From the human T2T-CHM13v2.0 reference genome, Homo sapiens: 64,000 nucleotides of DNA. The position numbers and the translations under genes were made by a program. The notes under the pieces were generated by a model. The model was not told the origin of the DNA. It ran no database searches and worked only from the letters and a program-made list of their open reading frames with translations. Positions 23,161 through 42,839 of this stretch are shown here, one piece after another. How positions within the stretch are numbered: the first letter of the stretch is position 1; every line of letters begins with the position of its first letter. The stretch lies in the NCBI RefSeq assembly GCF_009914755.1, contig NC_060925.1. One strand, written 5' to 3'.

Positions 23161-25574
23161 TACTGTCGATGTTGGCTAGATGCAGTTGCTTTTATGAGGC
23201 TAATGTCACAATATATAGTTTCTCTGTTCACCCCCTTCCTTAGGGAAACAATAGAGAAGCCTCAAGTTCCTCAGGAGAAATCAGAAGCAGAAAGAGAAAA
23301 AATGCTATCATTGTGGACACTTAGAAGTGAAATTTGAAACAAGAAACAACAGTTTTCTATTGTGTACCTACTTATATTCTGGACATAGCACATCACAATC
23401 CTACAACAATCCTGTGCCTGTGAAGTCAGTATGTGGCTCCCATTTTACAGTTGAAGAAAGAGGCTAAGAAAAGTGAAAGGCTTTTTAAGTTCATACACCA
23501 AGCAAGTTCCACCTGACTCCAAGGATCATGCTTTTCTTAATATACCACACTACCTCCTTTCTGGATGAGAACCCAACCCAGGAGTAAGGGATCTAGCTGT
23601 GGAGCTCAGCAAGCAAGATTTGTTTTTATTGTCTTTAGCACGAGGTAAAATTGTCCTCAGAATTTCAATCAAGTGTTCATCAGACTAAGTGTGGCTGTTA
23701 ATATTTGGGTCAGGAACAGGATTTGAATAATTAGTATTTCTCAATTGAGAGAGGAAAACCTTTGTCAACCAAGATGCGTTCCTAGGATTCTTCTAGAAAA
23801 AGGTAAATGGGAAGCTTTTCATATCTACAATTTTGGTAAGCAATATTGCTAATGGCTATTTTTGTTCTAGGCCTCGAGCTCCGTTTGCTAGTCTAGAAAT
23901 TGCATATCTGGGCTGTGTGTGGAGCATTACCTAGGAGTTCGGTTTCCTGGGTTCCTTTCATCTGCTCTCCTGCAATGCAGGGAGAGCCTAGCCTGGTCTC
24001 CAGTTTCTGACTGGAGTTACCATGGCCAAGAGAACTGCTGGCCAGTGAGCTGTGAGTAATTTGCTTTTGAGAAGTAAATAGAACCTAGCCAGCAGAGAAC
24101 CCAGGGGTGTGGCCAGTAGTTCTTTTCCCAGGCTCCTCCCTCCCCACCCCCCAAATGACCTTAACCTTCTTTCATAGCTGGAGAGCAGCCAAGTCCAGCC
24201 TAAACAATACTCTCAACCTCATTGGCTCTTTTGCCTTGCAGCCACTGCCACCCCCAAGTGGCTAAGGCCTTCCCACTAGGCCTCTCAGTGGGGTCAAGGT
24301 TTTCTAACCACTGAAAGGCAAACACTGAAGGAATGGTGAAAAATACCTAGTGACCATGGGCTTTAAATGATGAGTGTTTGGGTACTGCAGTTGGAGGCAA
24401 GGCAGAGTCTTTGTCCTTGGGTGGATGGGCATCTTCAAGTGATCGGGCAGAGGCCAAAAAGGATGCTTTTGGTATATGAGACCTGACTGGTGTCACCCCA
24501 AGTGTCAGGATGGATGTAAATGTCACCCAGCATCTTGGAAACTGCCAATGAATGCCTTTTATCCCACAGCAAAAAGAAGTAGCATAAAGTTCTGGTAAAG
24601 TACAGCAGGCCAGTATGGTCACTTTCGCCCCACAATGGCATGACATCAGAGCCAGCATCCCAGATTAGGATCAGCTATTCCAATCCCATAGGACTGGGGC
24701 CATGGAAAGTTTAGCTTCTAGAAACTGAACTGCTGAGAGTAGTTGGGCTACTTACTGGGCTGGTCCTCTGCCCAGCCTGGGGCCAAGGCCACTTCCAGAA
24801 GTGGAGGCAGGAGCAAGGCAAGGCAGCTACAGAGAGAAATGTCAGTTGCTCCAGGGAAGTGAGTGTTCTGTGAGAACCACCTAACTTCCTTCTCTACACT
24901 TTCAGTGGGAAAATCACTTTTTTGTTCAGTGAGTTGTAATAGCCCATCTTTATTGAGCATTGTATGCCAAGCACTATAAATCCTATGAGGTAGATATCAT
25001 CTCCACCAGGGCAAGGATTGTTTCTATCTTGCTCAGTGTTGCATCTTCATCCCATCACATAGTAGGCATTCCTGTACTGTTGAACAAATCAAACAGATAA
25101 GATAGGAATTTGATGGAGGAAAGAGTAGGTCAGAGCTGTTAAGACTTGGTGTGCCCATCTTAGCATAGCCCGTAAAGACTCTTACATATGGGAAAAATGG
25201 AAGAGAGGGAAAGAGGTAAATCTGTGAAAGATTAAAATAGTGTAGAGTGGGAGAACCAGCCTGGGAGGCTGGAGACCTGAATTCAAGTCCCATCGCTACC
25301 ACTAGCTATGTGACTTCTTGCCAGTCACTTACCCTTTGTGATCCTTAGCTCCCTCATCCATAAAATATAGGTATAGGATTAAAGAAATTGATTTATTGAC
25401 CAGATCTTTATTGAAGACACACAGTGTGCAAGGCACTGTTCTAACTGGAAATACATTGGTGAACAAAGCCCTTGCTCCTCCATTACACTCAGAAGCTTAC
25501 ATTCTAGAATAGGGAAACAGACATTGAAACAAGTAAAATTCATGGACAGGACAAGCAGATAGTGTTAAGTGCTA

Positions 25575-25841
<267 letters not shown>

Positions 25842-27399
25842 TCAAGCAGGGAAAATAGCAAGAGCAGAGCCAGGCAAGTTCAAAGAACAGAAATGATGTA
25901 ACCCTCTTAAATCCTAAGCTTCTAGAATAGTAATGCATTGCTTGCATTGTTCTGGTTAGGGATTTGTATGTGATATTGTTTCTTGGTGATGTGGGATATG
26001 TGCTTCTTAATGGAAATGGCTGGGAAGTGTGGAGTCTTTCTGGAGCCTGGGATATGGCTCTTTCTCACTTGCTTTCCACAGTTCTGGTAGCTCAGCTGGC
26101 TCCCTGGGTAGATGCAGGCTCCATCTTAGCTGCAGACTCTACAAGAACACTGAGAGGCTGCCTCCGTCACTACTCAAAGCCTTGGAGTCCCAGAATCCCC
26201 TCCTATCCCACCTAGCCTTCTTCCAATCTGAAACCAGGGAGTCAGGGCTTTGAGAGCACAAGATTCAGCTTCCTTGTTTTCCTGTCAGAGCAGAAGTCAG
26301 AAAATGAAACAGGAAACAGAGCGGAAGAGGAGGGGGTTGGGTAGCAGAGAAGGAAAAGAGAAATTGCAGGAAAGTACAGCTGAAAATCTGGATAAAGTTC
26401 TACCTCTACAGGGTGACAGCTGAGCTTTTAAAAAACATTCTGACTTGTCTTGAGAGACCCCTGGCCTTTTTACAAATAGATTTTTGAGAGAATTTGATGT
26501 GGACAGAGGGAACCCTGAGAATGCATGTCTTTTTTCCCCTTGTGAATTTACAGAGCAAGGACAGTTCATTTCTCAGTTTTGTCTTTGCAGAGAGAGTGCT
26601 GCTTGGAGCCTCATGGTGGACTTCTAGAGATTCAAGTCACAGCCTTAGGCCCCAGTCACAAGTGTGTCCCCAGGCTTTGCCACGTTACTCACAGGCCTCT
26701 GGAGCTGAGAACAAGTGCGTGGCACTGAAAAACCTGGGGGAAGGGCCATGAAACTCCATTTTTTCCCCCTTCTCCAACACACAACGACTAAATATGATTT
26801 GCCTTTTCTCCACCTTGCACACAACAGATATCTGAAGGCAATTTAGGTCTCAGGGCCTGAAATGAGTTACAGAGTCAAGAGATACAGTCCCAGGCCCCCA
26901 CAGACTGATGTGGGCTGGTCTTCGCCTGGAGAGGTAGCAACCATCTCTTTGTTCCCACCCACATGAGTAGCCGTTGCAGAAGATAAACCCCTCCCTGAGC
27001 CAGGCTGTGGCCAGAGGCTAACCCGGCCCCTGGCTTCGTTTGGAGGGCAGATAACTGAAACCACATAAGGCTTTGGAATCCTGAGAAACAAGAAATCCAC
27101 CAACGGAGAAGGATTTATCATCTGTTTCCTTTAAGGAGGGTGCAAAGTTGTTCTAACAGTTTCCGTTACAAGGGTACAAACTGGCCGCTCCCCCCAATAG
27201 ACGGTTTTGTTGAGTTCGCCTCTTTTTTTTTCTTCTTTTTTTGGCCCCACTTCCTATGAGAGAAACTGCTTGGGTGAGGGAGGTGAAAGGAGCCCTGGAG
27301 GGTGTTCTCTGAGGTTTTCTTCACCATCCTCATTAGCCACCTGAGGTGGGGCTGAGGACTAAAGTAGGACAGAAGGTCTCTGGTAGATAGAGGAGGGGA

Positions 27400-28400
27400 A
27401 AATCAGGGGGATCCCCCACTTTCTTCACACCCAGGACGCAGGGTGCCGCTGCCGGCCACAGAAACCCCAAGAATGTTTTTCTTTGGCTATTCAGAGGACA
27501 TCTATTGTGTGTCAGGCCCTGTGCTGAGCTGTTGTTGCCTGACAGCAGGAAGAGCGCGGCTCTGGTTTCTGTGAAGAGGCTGCGGGTCAGCCTCCGACTA
27601 CAAGAGCCTCGGCCCACACCGGGAACTCAGTGAACGTCAGCGGGAGCTGGGGCAAGAGCACTGACTCTGAGACAGCAGCCTCCGCTCACTATTTGAAGGC
27701 GGGGTGGCGGGGGGCCTTGAAGGAGAGCGAAGTGCGAGAGAACTCTTCAGGTGTCACCAAGGTGGGAAGGTGCTACGAGGCGAGGCGCCGAGCGGCGACC
27801 CCCATCCCGCTCGCCCGGAGTCAACATGGCCGCCGCGCAGGGAGGCGGGGCTGCTCCAAGTCCGGGCAGGAGCGGGGCGGGGACGCCGTCGGCGGAGCCA
27901 GCGCGCAGGCGCGGGCCGCGTGGGCCCCGGATGGAGGAGCTGAGGTTCGGTCCCCGCCGGGGAGGTCGGGACGGGCAGGGGCTGAGGACCCCGCGCCAGC
28001 TTGGGAGCCCTGGAGTTCTGGCGGGAGGGAAGCTGTCAAATGGAAGCCGGTAGAAATGAGACAGACGCCCGGAGAAGCGGGGAGCCCCGCCCCTCCGCCA
28101 TAGCAGCCTCGGGCGCCGCCTCTTCCTTTCCAGCCTCCCGCCCTCGTCTGCTTCCGGCCCTGTGGCCTGGTGGGGCTCTGCAGGCTCCCTCGGGAGTGGT
28201 CCTTGGGCCGTGGCCCCTCTGGGGTGAGCGTGGATGATTAGTACCCAGAAGGGACTGTGTCCAAAAGGAGCCGGCCAGAAACGGGTTGCGGACACGGCTG
28301 GGCTGACAGAAGGCAGCCCCCACGAGGCCTTTGGCTCTGAGGACCCTGGGTCAGAGCGACTTCTCCAGCCTGCGCAGGGGGTGTTAGTCTTACCCAGAGG
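27400..28400 (+). promoter_or_regulatory. PIGV: PIGV CpG-island promoter
   Basis: High CpG/GC; GC boxes (~27874, ~28085), YY1-like AACATGGCCGCC (27823), ETS-like CTTCCGG (28151). Confidence 0.85.
28100..28223 (+). other. PIGV: PIGV non-coding first exon (5' end approximate)
   Basis: GGG|gtgagc donor at 28224 inside the CpG island; next acceptor tttag|A at 30714. Confidence 0.65.
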
Positions 28401-30752
28401 GTCCAGAGCTGCCGTTCAACAGGATGTCCCAGATTCTCAGATAGGGCCCAACTACCCTAAGCATACCTAGCAAGGGCAGGCTGCGGCATGGAAGTACTGG
28501 GCTAGGCGTTTGGGTGACCTGGGTCATAATCCTGGCTCGGAAAGGGCGCGTACCCTTTGGCGAGGGATGCGGGCTGGTACCGTGAGGTTTAAGAAGCAGA
28601 AAACATGACAGCCTCTTTAAGTAGCCCTGGGTACGTCACTTGACCCCAGTGAGCCTCAGTTTCCATATCCATAAAATGGCGATGGTAATTATACTAGCCT
28701 CACAGTGTCTGATGAGATCTCTGGAGCCTATTTATCTCACGGGAAAATTTTTGAAGAGTGAAACTAGTTGATCTGTAAGTGTCCTGCCAGTTAAGAGTCT
28801 GTGATTTGGCAAAGGGGTTGTTGGGAAGTGAGGTGGGCAATTAGCTGAGAGGGAGAATTGACTAGCTTTGTTTTTACTTGGTTTACCTGTAAGCAAAGTG
28901 TGGGCTACACACATCTGTAGTCGCTGAGGCTAGAGCTTGACTCGAGAGAGGAAAGGAAGAATGCAAGCATGGTCAAGTGGCAGAGGTGGGTTAGGTGCTT
29001 TTCTGATCCCAGCTTCTCTTCTGCATGCGCGTGGGAAGCCAAGGAAGAGGAAAAAAGAGTGAATTCGCCCTAGGATAGGGAAGGAGTAGCCGCGTGAGGT
29101 TGAGTATGCCCATTTCCGTGATTTCTCTCGATTCAGCGAGTCATACGTTGGAAACGTTTAGATTCACAAACTATCGTTACTGTCTGGGGCTTTCAGAAGC
29201 TTGCCTTTGAACCGAATTTTCGTGAGCCAACAGGTGTGGAATTGGGGGCCCCTCCCTTCCTCCAGGCCTCCTGGCGATGGAGTAAGCAGCAGGCGCCCCC
29301 TTGTGCCAAGGAAAGAGTACTGTTGCCATTGGCCAACTTGGCTCCCTTTCTGGGGAAATTTTATTTTCCTGTGGCTTCTGTGACTTTGTCGTCTTGCTCT
29401 TGACATGAGATATGATGGGAAGAATACTTGGGGCACTGATTTCATATCTAGAGTCAGTGAACTGCTGATGCTGTATCCTGTCCCTACCACTTCCATTCAT
29501 TCAGAACACAGGTTTAAGATGCCTATTTGTGTTCTAGGCCCTGGGATATAGTTGTGATGTAAAGCCCCTGCCCTTAGCAACTTAAATAAGCAATAGCAAT
29601 AACGGCAATAGGGCAGAATGTAATGAGGGCATAGCACACTGTCTAGTGAGGATCAGAGAATTCCAGAAACAAGTGATACAGGTTTTTTAGGTATTCGCCA
29701 GATAAGAGAAGAAAAAGAGTCTTCCAGCCGTCCTCCTTAAATTTCTCAGTTCAAATTTTTTTTTTCCTTTTAGGCATAGTTCTTCATCCCAAATTGATGA
29801 GCTGCCTCTGATGCTTTTGCTTTCCTTTCAAATTTCCCAGGCTGGTGTTTGAAAGTTCTTGAGGAGCCTTTATGACTCCTTTTAGCTCAAGGAATTATAA
29901 AAGATGCCTTAAGGTGCATTCCCTGCCTCGGAGTGGCTTTGCGATTGTTTATACGTTGCTACCATCCCAACAAAGAGATGGCAAATAACAGTTTTCTCCA
30001 TCCCTGGTAGTCTACTCTGTCTTCACCCTCAGTTTGTTTCAGCAGTGTGAGCTGGCTGAGGTCCTGCTGAGTGGTGGTTTTCTTTTCCTTCCCCACTTAA
30101 TTTAACAGACCAGCTGAACACACATCAGAGAGCTAAGCTAGAGTGTGGAGTCATTATGGTCTTCTAGTATGGTTTTATGCCCCACTTTGGGGACTCTGGT
30201 TTGGGACCTAGTTTATTATTCTGGGCAAGAGGAAAAGGGCACACGCCAAATAATAGCAACCACAACACAGATTTGAGTAGAACTTCACACTTTGGTCTGT
30301 TTCACCATCATGACAATTTTGTGAGATAGGAAAAAAAAAAAGTCTGCTCCCATTTTTTATATAAAGAACTGAGGCTCAGAGGGACTAATGAGAACTTGTA
30401 AGTGACAGAGTCAGGAGTTGAACCCAGATCTTTAGTTCCTGCAGAAGTGCATCCAATAGGCTTTAAAAGATTTCTGTGACCTTAGCTTTCCAGCTACTTG
30501 CTTAGCTGTATGGAACTTTACCAACGACAGTTCAGGGCTTCACAGTGACACCTACTGAACCCATTTGCTGTCAAGATGCTTTCCCCTCATCTGGGAAGTT
30601 AGGTGGTTGGTTAAGTTTGTCATAGTAATTCTGAGAGGGGAGGTTCCAGTGACGAATGCTTTCAAGAATTTGCTTTCACTCGATGTGTGACATTTTCCTC
30701 CTTTGGGGTTTAGAGGCCTGAGGGAGCTCAATCCTGGTAGCAACACCCCTGA

Positions 30753-30905
<153 letters not shown>

Positions 30906-32112
30906 TAAGAAGTGTCCCCATCTCCTTTCCACCTCTCAGGTGTGCCCCTCCATGTGGTTGGAACCACAGAGACATAGACTTTAGAGCTGAAAAGTTGTCA
31001 GGAATCTTAGAAACACGGTCTGTTGATCTTGTTTTACCCATGAAGCAGCAGAGGCCCAGAAAGGTTAAGTGACATCCCCAAAGCCACATAGCAAGATAGA
31101 GAAGGGCTGGAGTTTGACCCCATGTTTCCTAACTCCTGAGCTAGTGGTCTCTCCAACAGACTGTGATGTTCCGTAACCAGAGATGCTTATAGGGTGGGAC
31201 AGCTCAAAGTATTGCCCTGTGTCCCCTTACTAGGAGACTGAGCATTGTGTCAGTTGAGTGGGAGAAACGTGGCAATGTGCAAGTCCTAAAACCATCTGGA
31301 TATGTAATAGTTCCTCCTATTCCCCCGAGTGCCTGCCCTTCCTGCCTCACCCACACACAACTCTCAGTGCACTTGCCCGTTTGCAGCTCCCTTTTCCCTC
31401 CGAGGCTCCCCTTGATACACATTTTAATAAAATATCACGTATATATGAATTATTTGCTGCCTAGCACAGTGCTTGGTGCCTAGCTCAGTATGTTCATAAA
31501 TGAATGAATGTTGTTGAATGTATGTCAACACCCTAGGGATGTTAGATTCACATAATGATGTGTACCTTTTATCCCTGTACCATTCTCTCTGAGGCTCATA
31601 ACTGGTCCCTTTGTGGAAACTTTCCTCTCTCCTTTCCCACTACATAAGGCATGGCAGACTCTGCTGGGTTTCGAGATTAGTTAAACGTGTCCACCTGCAG
31701 GCTAGGGCTGTTTATCTGTGACTGTCACTCCTATCCTGTTTGTTTTTACTGTTTGAAGTGGCCTGATAAGGAAACTGACCAAAAAGTTAAAAAGCCTTAA
31801 AAATGGTGCTATGCTCCTGTTGCCAGGCTAGGGAGACTTACTCAGTGATGTCTCTCAACCAGCATCAGCTGGGTTACTGGCAGAACCAAAGGAGCAATGC
31901 TGCAAGTCAGCATCCAGGATAGGGAACCAGGACAGCTGGGCTCTAATTCGGGTGGTAATTTTGGAAACAGTATATTTCCTCTAGGCAGTTCATTCAACCA
32001 CCAAAAATTTTTAAAGTACCTATTGCGTTCCAAGAACTGTGCTAGGTGGTAAGTGTAAAAAGACATGGTCTCTTTTCTCTTAAGTAGCTGATGATCTAAT
32101 AGGGCAAAAAGA

Positions 32113-32581
<469 letters not shown>

Positions 32582-32639
32582 AGCAAAAAGAAATCTAACA
32601 GTAAATGCGATTTAATTATCATCCCCCCACTTCCAATGC

Positions 32640-35291
<2,652 letters not shown>

Positions 35292-35385
35292 TGAATTTAT
35301 TCATTCAATGACTATTTAGGGTTATTCTTTATGCCAGACTCTGGGTCAGACCTCTAAGGATGAAACATAAATAAGACAAAATTGC

Positions 35386-36421
<1,036 letters not shown>

Positions 36422-37517
36422 AAGATTTTTTTTTTTAAAGCTCAGATAAAGTATTATGGAGGCGAAGAAGTAGGTAACTCACTGGAGTACTTGAGAAAGG
36501 CATCATATTTCAGCTGGGTCCTGAAGAATGAGATTTTCCATATAAGAAGCAGAGGAGGAACATTCTAGGTAAAAGGAAGGGCATATGCAAAAACACGAGG
36601 GTTTTGAAAGGACCTGATTGGACTGAGATACAGGAATAAGCACGGAGGATATCTCTGGGATCTTTTTCCCTAATACACAGTTATAGTTATATCCATATTG
36701 GTTTCTTGACTGTTGACTTCAGGAGGTTCTCAACTCAGGCAGGCCCCCAATTTCCAGAGGAGATAACCTTAACCAATGTTTTGGGTGGTGGCGGTGGTGA
36801 TAGAGAGGGATGGGAAAGGTTTGATCTTATATCTGATTTTCTGTTCTTGGCTGTGGCCCCACCCTGGGGACATCTTTTTTCCCCATGCCGACCTCTTAGC
36901 AGTTTCTTCCTGTTGGAGTTGCACATTGGCTGTTTCTAAAATTCTCCAAGCTGTATGGATAAGAGACACAGAGGAAATAGAAAGTAGCATTCCGTGTTTT
37001 TAGCTAGATTAAATCGTAGAATGTGTGCCAGCAAAGCTTAAAGTTTCCAGGTTAGCTGAGGGAGGCCATTTGGAAACTTGTGTCTGAACTCCAATAGGAG
37101 AGAGAATGTTCAAGCAATGGGTCTTCTGCCCATTTCCCTCTGCTTTGCCATCCCATGGGATAAGGGAACCACCTCAGGTTCCCAATCCCCAAATCAATAT
37201 CACAGAGTTTAGAGTCCAGGCCCTCGGCTAAAATTAGACCCCATAGAGTTTCTAGTATTAATTGGCCCATTATTTTAATAGTAATTAATGTAATTAGTCT
37301 GTAGCTATGTTTATTTGTAATATGGAGGATGCCTGTCTGCTGTACATACATCTTTCTAAGACAGATCCTAAGCTGTGTTCAATTTCTTTTCCAGTGTAAT
37401 ACATTTCTAGTCACAGGACCATAGTTCACCCAGCAGTAGAGAAGTCCCCGGGCTGGTCCAATTTGAGTCAGTGACATTCCAGTAAATGTCTGGATATTCC
37501 CCTCTCATGATTTCTAG

Positions 37518-37799
<282 letters not shown>

Positions 37800-38226
37800 C
37801 CTGGACTCTCCAGGGACAGGTTGGAAGCCAACTTAACCCAGGGGTCTGAAAGTAAAAATACACATTGGAACTGCCTCTGCTGCCCTGGGATCATTACTGT
37901 GTCCATTATAATCTTTCTCTTTCTCTTTGAAAGCTGGTCAGGAATGGGAGAAGTGTCAGACACTAGAGAGCCCCTTCTGGTCCTGGCTAGGGCAAATTTT
38001 AGACAACTATTTTCTCTGTAAGTGAAGATTGTCGTATTCCAAGTCTAAAATACACCTGGATCTGTCTAGTCAATCAACATAGCAGAGACAGTCTTAAACC
38101 TACCATTGACCTGTGTGTAAATTTAAATGTCAATTTATTGAAGTGTAAATTTCATCAAAGGCATTAGCTGACAGGCTGGTAACAGTCCACACAAGATGGT
38201 ATAGGCCTGAACAGTGTAGTGGCAGT

Positions 38227-38336
38227 AATAAAGTGGGACCATTTTTTCCAAATGCGACATTGTTTCTGATGTTTTTTTTTATGATTTGTGCATGTATTTT
38301 TATATGAAAAAAACTTACAAAGATATGCAAATTAAA
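38227..38336 (+). terminator. PIGV proximal poly(A) signals AATAAA (38227) and ATTAAA (38331)
   Basis: Hexamers 430-530 nt after the stop codon. Confidence 0.65.
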
Positions 38337-38385
38337 CTTCTTTCAGTTATACATGCAATGAATTGCCTTTTTAAAAATAATACAG

Positions 38386-38690
38386 GCCAGGCACGACGTT
38401 TCACACTGTAATCCCAGCACTTTGTGATGCCGAGGTGGGCAGATCACTTGAGGCCAGGAGTTTGAGACCGGCCTGGCCAACATGGCAAAACCCCGTCTCT
38501 ACTAAAAATACAAAAATTAGCCGTGCATGATGGTACACACCTGTAATCCTACTCGGGAGGCTGAGGCATGAGAATTGCTTGAACTTGGAAGGCGGAGGTT
38601 TCAGTGAGCTGAGTTTGCGCCACTGCGCTCCAGCCTGGGCAACAGAGTGAGGCTCTGTCTCAAAAAAAGTAAAAAATAAAAATAATACAA
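38386..38690 (+). mobile_element. AluS downstream of PIGV proximal poly(A) signals
   Basis: Alu dimer; TSD AAAATAATACA. Confidence 0.88.
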
Positions 38691-39249
38691 ATCTTTCCAT
38701 GTGGCAAAAAGTAAAATAATTTTAAAAAGTTAAAATAATATAAATCAGCTGGGGGAAAAAAGGGTAAGAAGAAGGCATCAGGAACCCTGGATTCTAGTCC
38801 TCTCAGTAAAACCCCATTTACCAGCCATGTGACTTGGGAGAGTTTTCAGAACCTTAGTTACCACCTCTGAAACCATGGGAAATGATGATATTCTTCAGGG
38901 GGTGGTGGTGAATGATGCAGTCTCTTGTAGGTCCCTTTCTGCTCTAACATCTTAAGAACTGCCTTAAACAACAGAATCACCCCAGTCTAAATGCTAATGT
39001 AGAGGCTTAAATGTGTGATTTTAGGAGAAAATATCCAGTTCTCCTGTTTTCAGCAATTAGAAGAAACTCCTCCTCCACCGAGTGCAACTCTTGGGAGTAA
39101 TTTAGGTGGTCTTTCCTTTCAATGAGGGAAAGCAGTAACATCTGGCAGATAAGGTGCCTGTTGTGCCGTTCTCAGATGCCTGCTTACTTGATCAGTAGAC
39201 ATGGGTCAGAGGCGCCAACACGGCGGCAGGAATTGGTAAATTGTACGTA

Positions 39250-39850
39250 AGTCCAAGGTGGAATGAAATGGTATCTGCCCTGCTTCCTGGCCCCCGTTTG
39301 GTCATGAGCCTATCACTATAATGGTAGTAAGATCACTGGCCCCTGCTGAGCTACTTTTGCCCATTCCTTGAGCCAGACGAGAGTTTGGCTCTGTATCATC
39401 CATCACCTCTTTTATTTCCCATTTAAGCCAAAACATCCAGTAAGCAGAAACTCTTCAAAACAGATGGGTAATCATAAGCAGCTTCTGGAAAGCCTCAAGA
39501 ATTGGAATTTTGACACACTCCCTCTGACCATGACAGAAAGCTCAACTTGCCAGCTGAAGGGAAGCTCCTGGCTGAGCCCCAGCACCCTCTGTTGGAGCTT
39601 CTGGTCAGCCTGGCCAATAAGCATTTCCCATCCATCGCCCCAGCACTAGGACAGCTGAGAGAATTTGGTTCAGAGTCAAATGCTTCTGAAAATGTACACA
39701 CAGATCAGGGCAGCCCTCTGCCTTCTGCCAAGACACCAAGTGCCCTTCTTGGCAAACGATGATCACCCCTGCCCTAGTGTCCCTCCAGTTAGTTGGCAGA
39801 AACTGTTCCCTTTCTCCTTGCCAACAGCTGCAAATCCAGAGACTTCCACC
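39250..39850 (-). mobile_element. Degenerate CR1/L3 LINE reverse-transcriptase remnant
   Basis: Minus-strand peptides FSEAFDS, QQRVL...SW...RGSV and IQSQTLVWLKEWA occur in CR1 RT motif order. Confidence 0.5.
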
Positions 39851-40593
39851 TTGCGTGCAGGAAGTGTTGGGGTCCTGTTTCAGCTCTTTATTGCCGAGGT
39901 AGGAGCACTGGGTTCTTCGCTCTCCTCTTTGCCTCCTTTTGGGGGATAATCAGGACTGATTATTCCTCTACTGGAAGAGGTGACTCAGACCCCACAGAGT
40001 AGGTGTGATGTCACTGCTCTGGCAGTCTCAGTTTAACCTTCACACTAGATCTCATCATGCCCAGAAACCTTGTAACAGGAGCCCAGCTAGGTGGGTGCAC
40101 CTGGCATGAGCTGGACAAGGTTTTCTCTCTGACCTTGCAGGGATTTAGTTGTTCTCTAAGGAGCTAAGGAATGGGCTGATTTTATGACCAGCAGCTGTCC
40201 TTTTACCATCCTATTAACAGTCTCTTTAATAGTCTGGGAGAGGGACATGAAGGACCCAAGGCAGGAAGTTTCCTGTTTACCCTGAGGCCTAACAATGCCA
40301 CAGCTAGGTGGGGTGTCTACAGTTTCAGAGAAAAGTCATTTCCTTCTGAGACCCTGCTAAAACAGAAACCAGACGCCTCAGCCTCACGTACCTAGAAGTA
40401 GATGCTTTTTTTTGTTCTTTAATGAAGGTGGGAGGAGAGTGTTTGACATACCTTTACCAGTCCTCCTGGAAAAATGTTACTTTTATTGAATAGACCCTCT
40501 CACTGTCATCTGAAAATGTAATATGTGCAGGCTCAAGGGATTTGAAACTGATTGATTCTTTCAGTAATTGTTTATTAATGCCTATTTTAGGGG

Positions 40594-40599
40594 AATAAA
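40594..40599 (+). terminator. Candidate distal PIGV poly(A) signal AATAAA
   Basis: Hexamer near the end of the unique sequence, before the repeat-dense region. Confidence 0.45.
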
Positions 40600-40700
40600 G
40601 ATGACTCAGCTATGCCTCCTGTCCTCAAATAACTGTCTAATAAGAGTTGCTAGCAGACACAGAAACATTAAGGCAGAAAGCAATAAATTCTGGGGAGTGA

Positions 40701-42550
<1,850 letters not shown>

Positions 42551-42839
42551 TTTCAAGAAGAAAGAAATGGTTAGCAGGGTCATATACTGTTAAGGAAAGG
42601 ATGAGAAAAACTATTGAATTTAGGGATTAGGGATATTATCCAAGGTAGGCTAACGGCGATACCAAACAACCGCCAAAACTCAGTGGCTTAATAATAAAAG
42701 TTCCTTTCTTTTTTACTTCATAGTCTAGTGCAGGTTTAGGAAGGGAGGTCTGTTCCGCCCAATTATTGGGGACCCAGTCTTGTCCATTTTGTGACTGTCC
42801 TGCTCTAGCTCCTTAGAGTCCTCTACTCCCGGAAAAGTG

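Noticed and set aside
24200-24960. Unique-looking intergenic stretch with a 103-aa minus ORF
   Set aside because: No recognisable homology, splice structure or poly(A)/TSD hallmarks; needs BLAST and conservation data.
27338-27350. Palindrome CCACCTGAGGTGG upstream of the PIGV promoter
   Set aside because: Six-bp arms are expected by chance in 64 kb.
27630-28470. ORFs of 72-182 aa in the CpG island
   Set aside because: High GC depletes stop codons; no recognisable protein. Possible uORF roles cannot be judged without TSS data.
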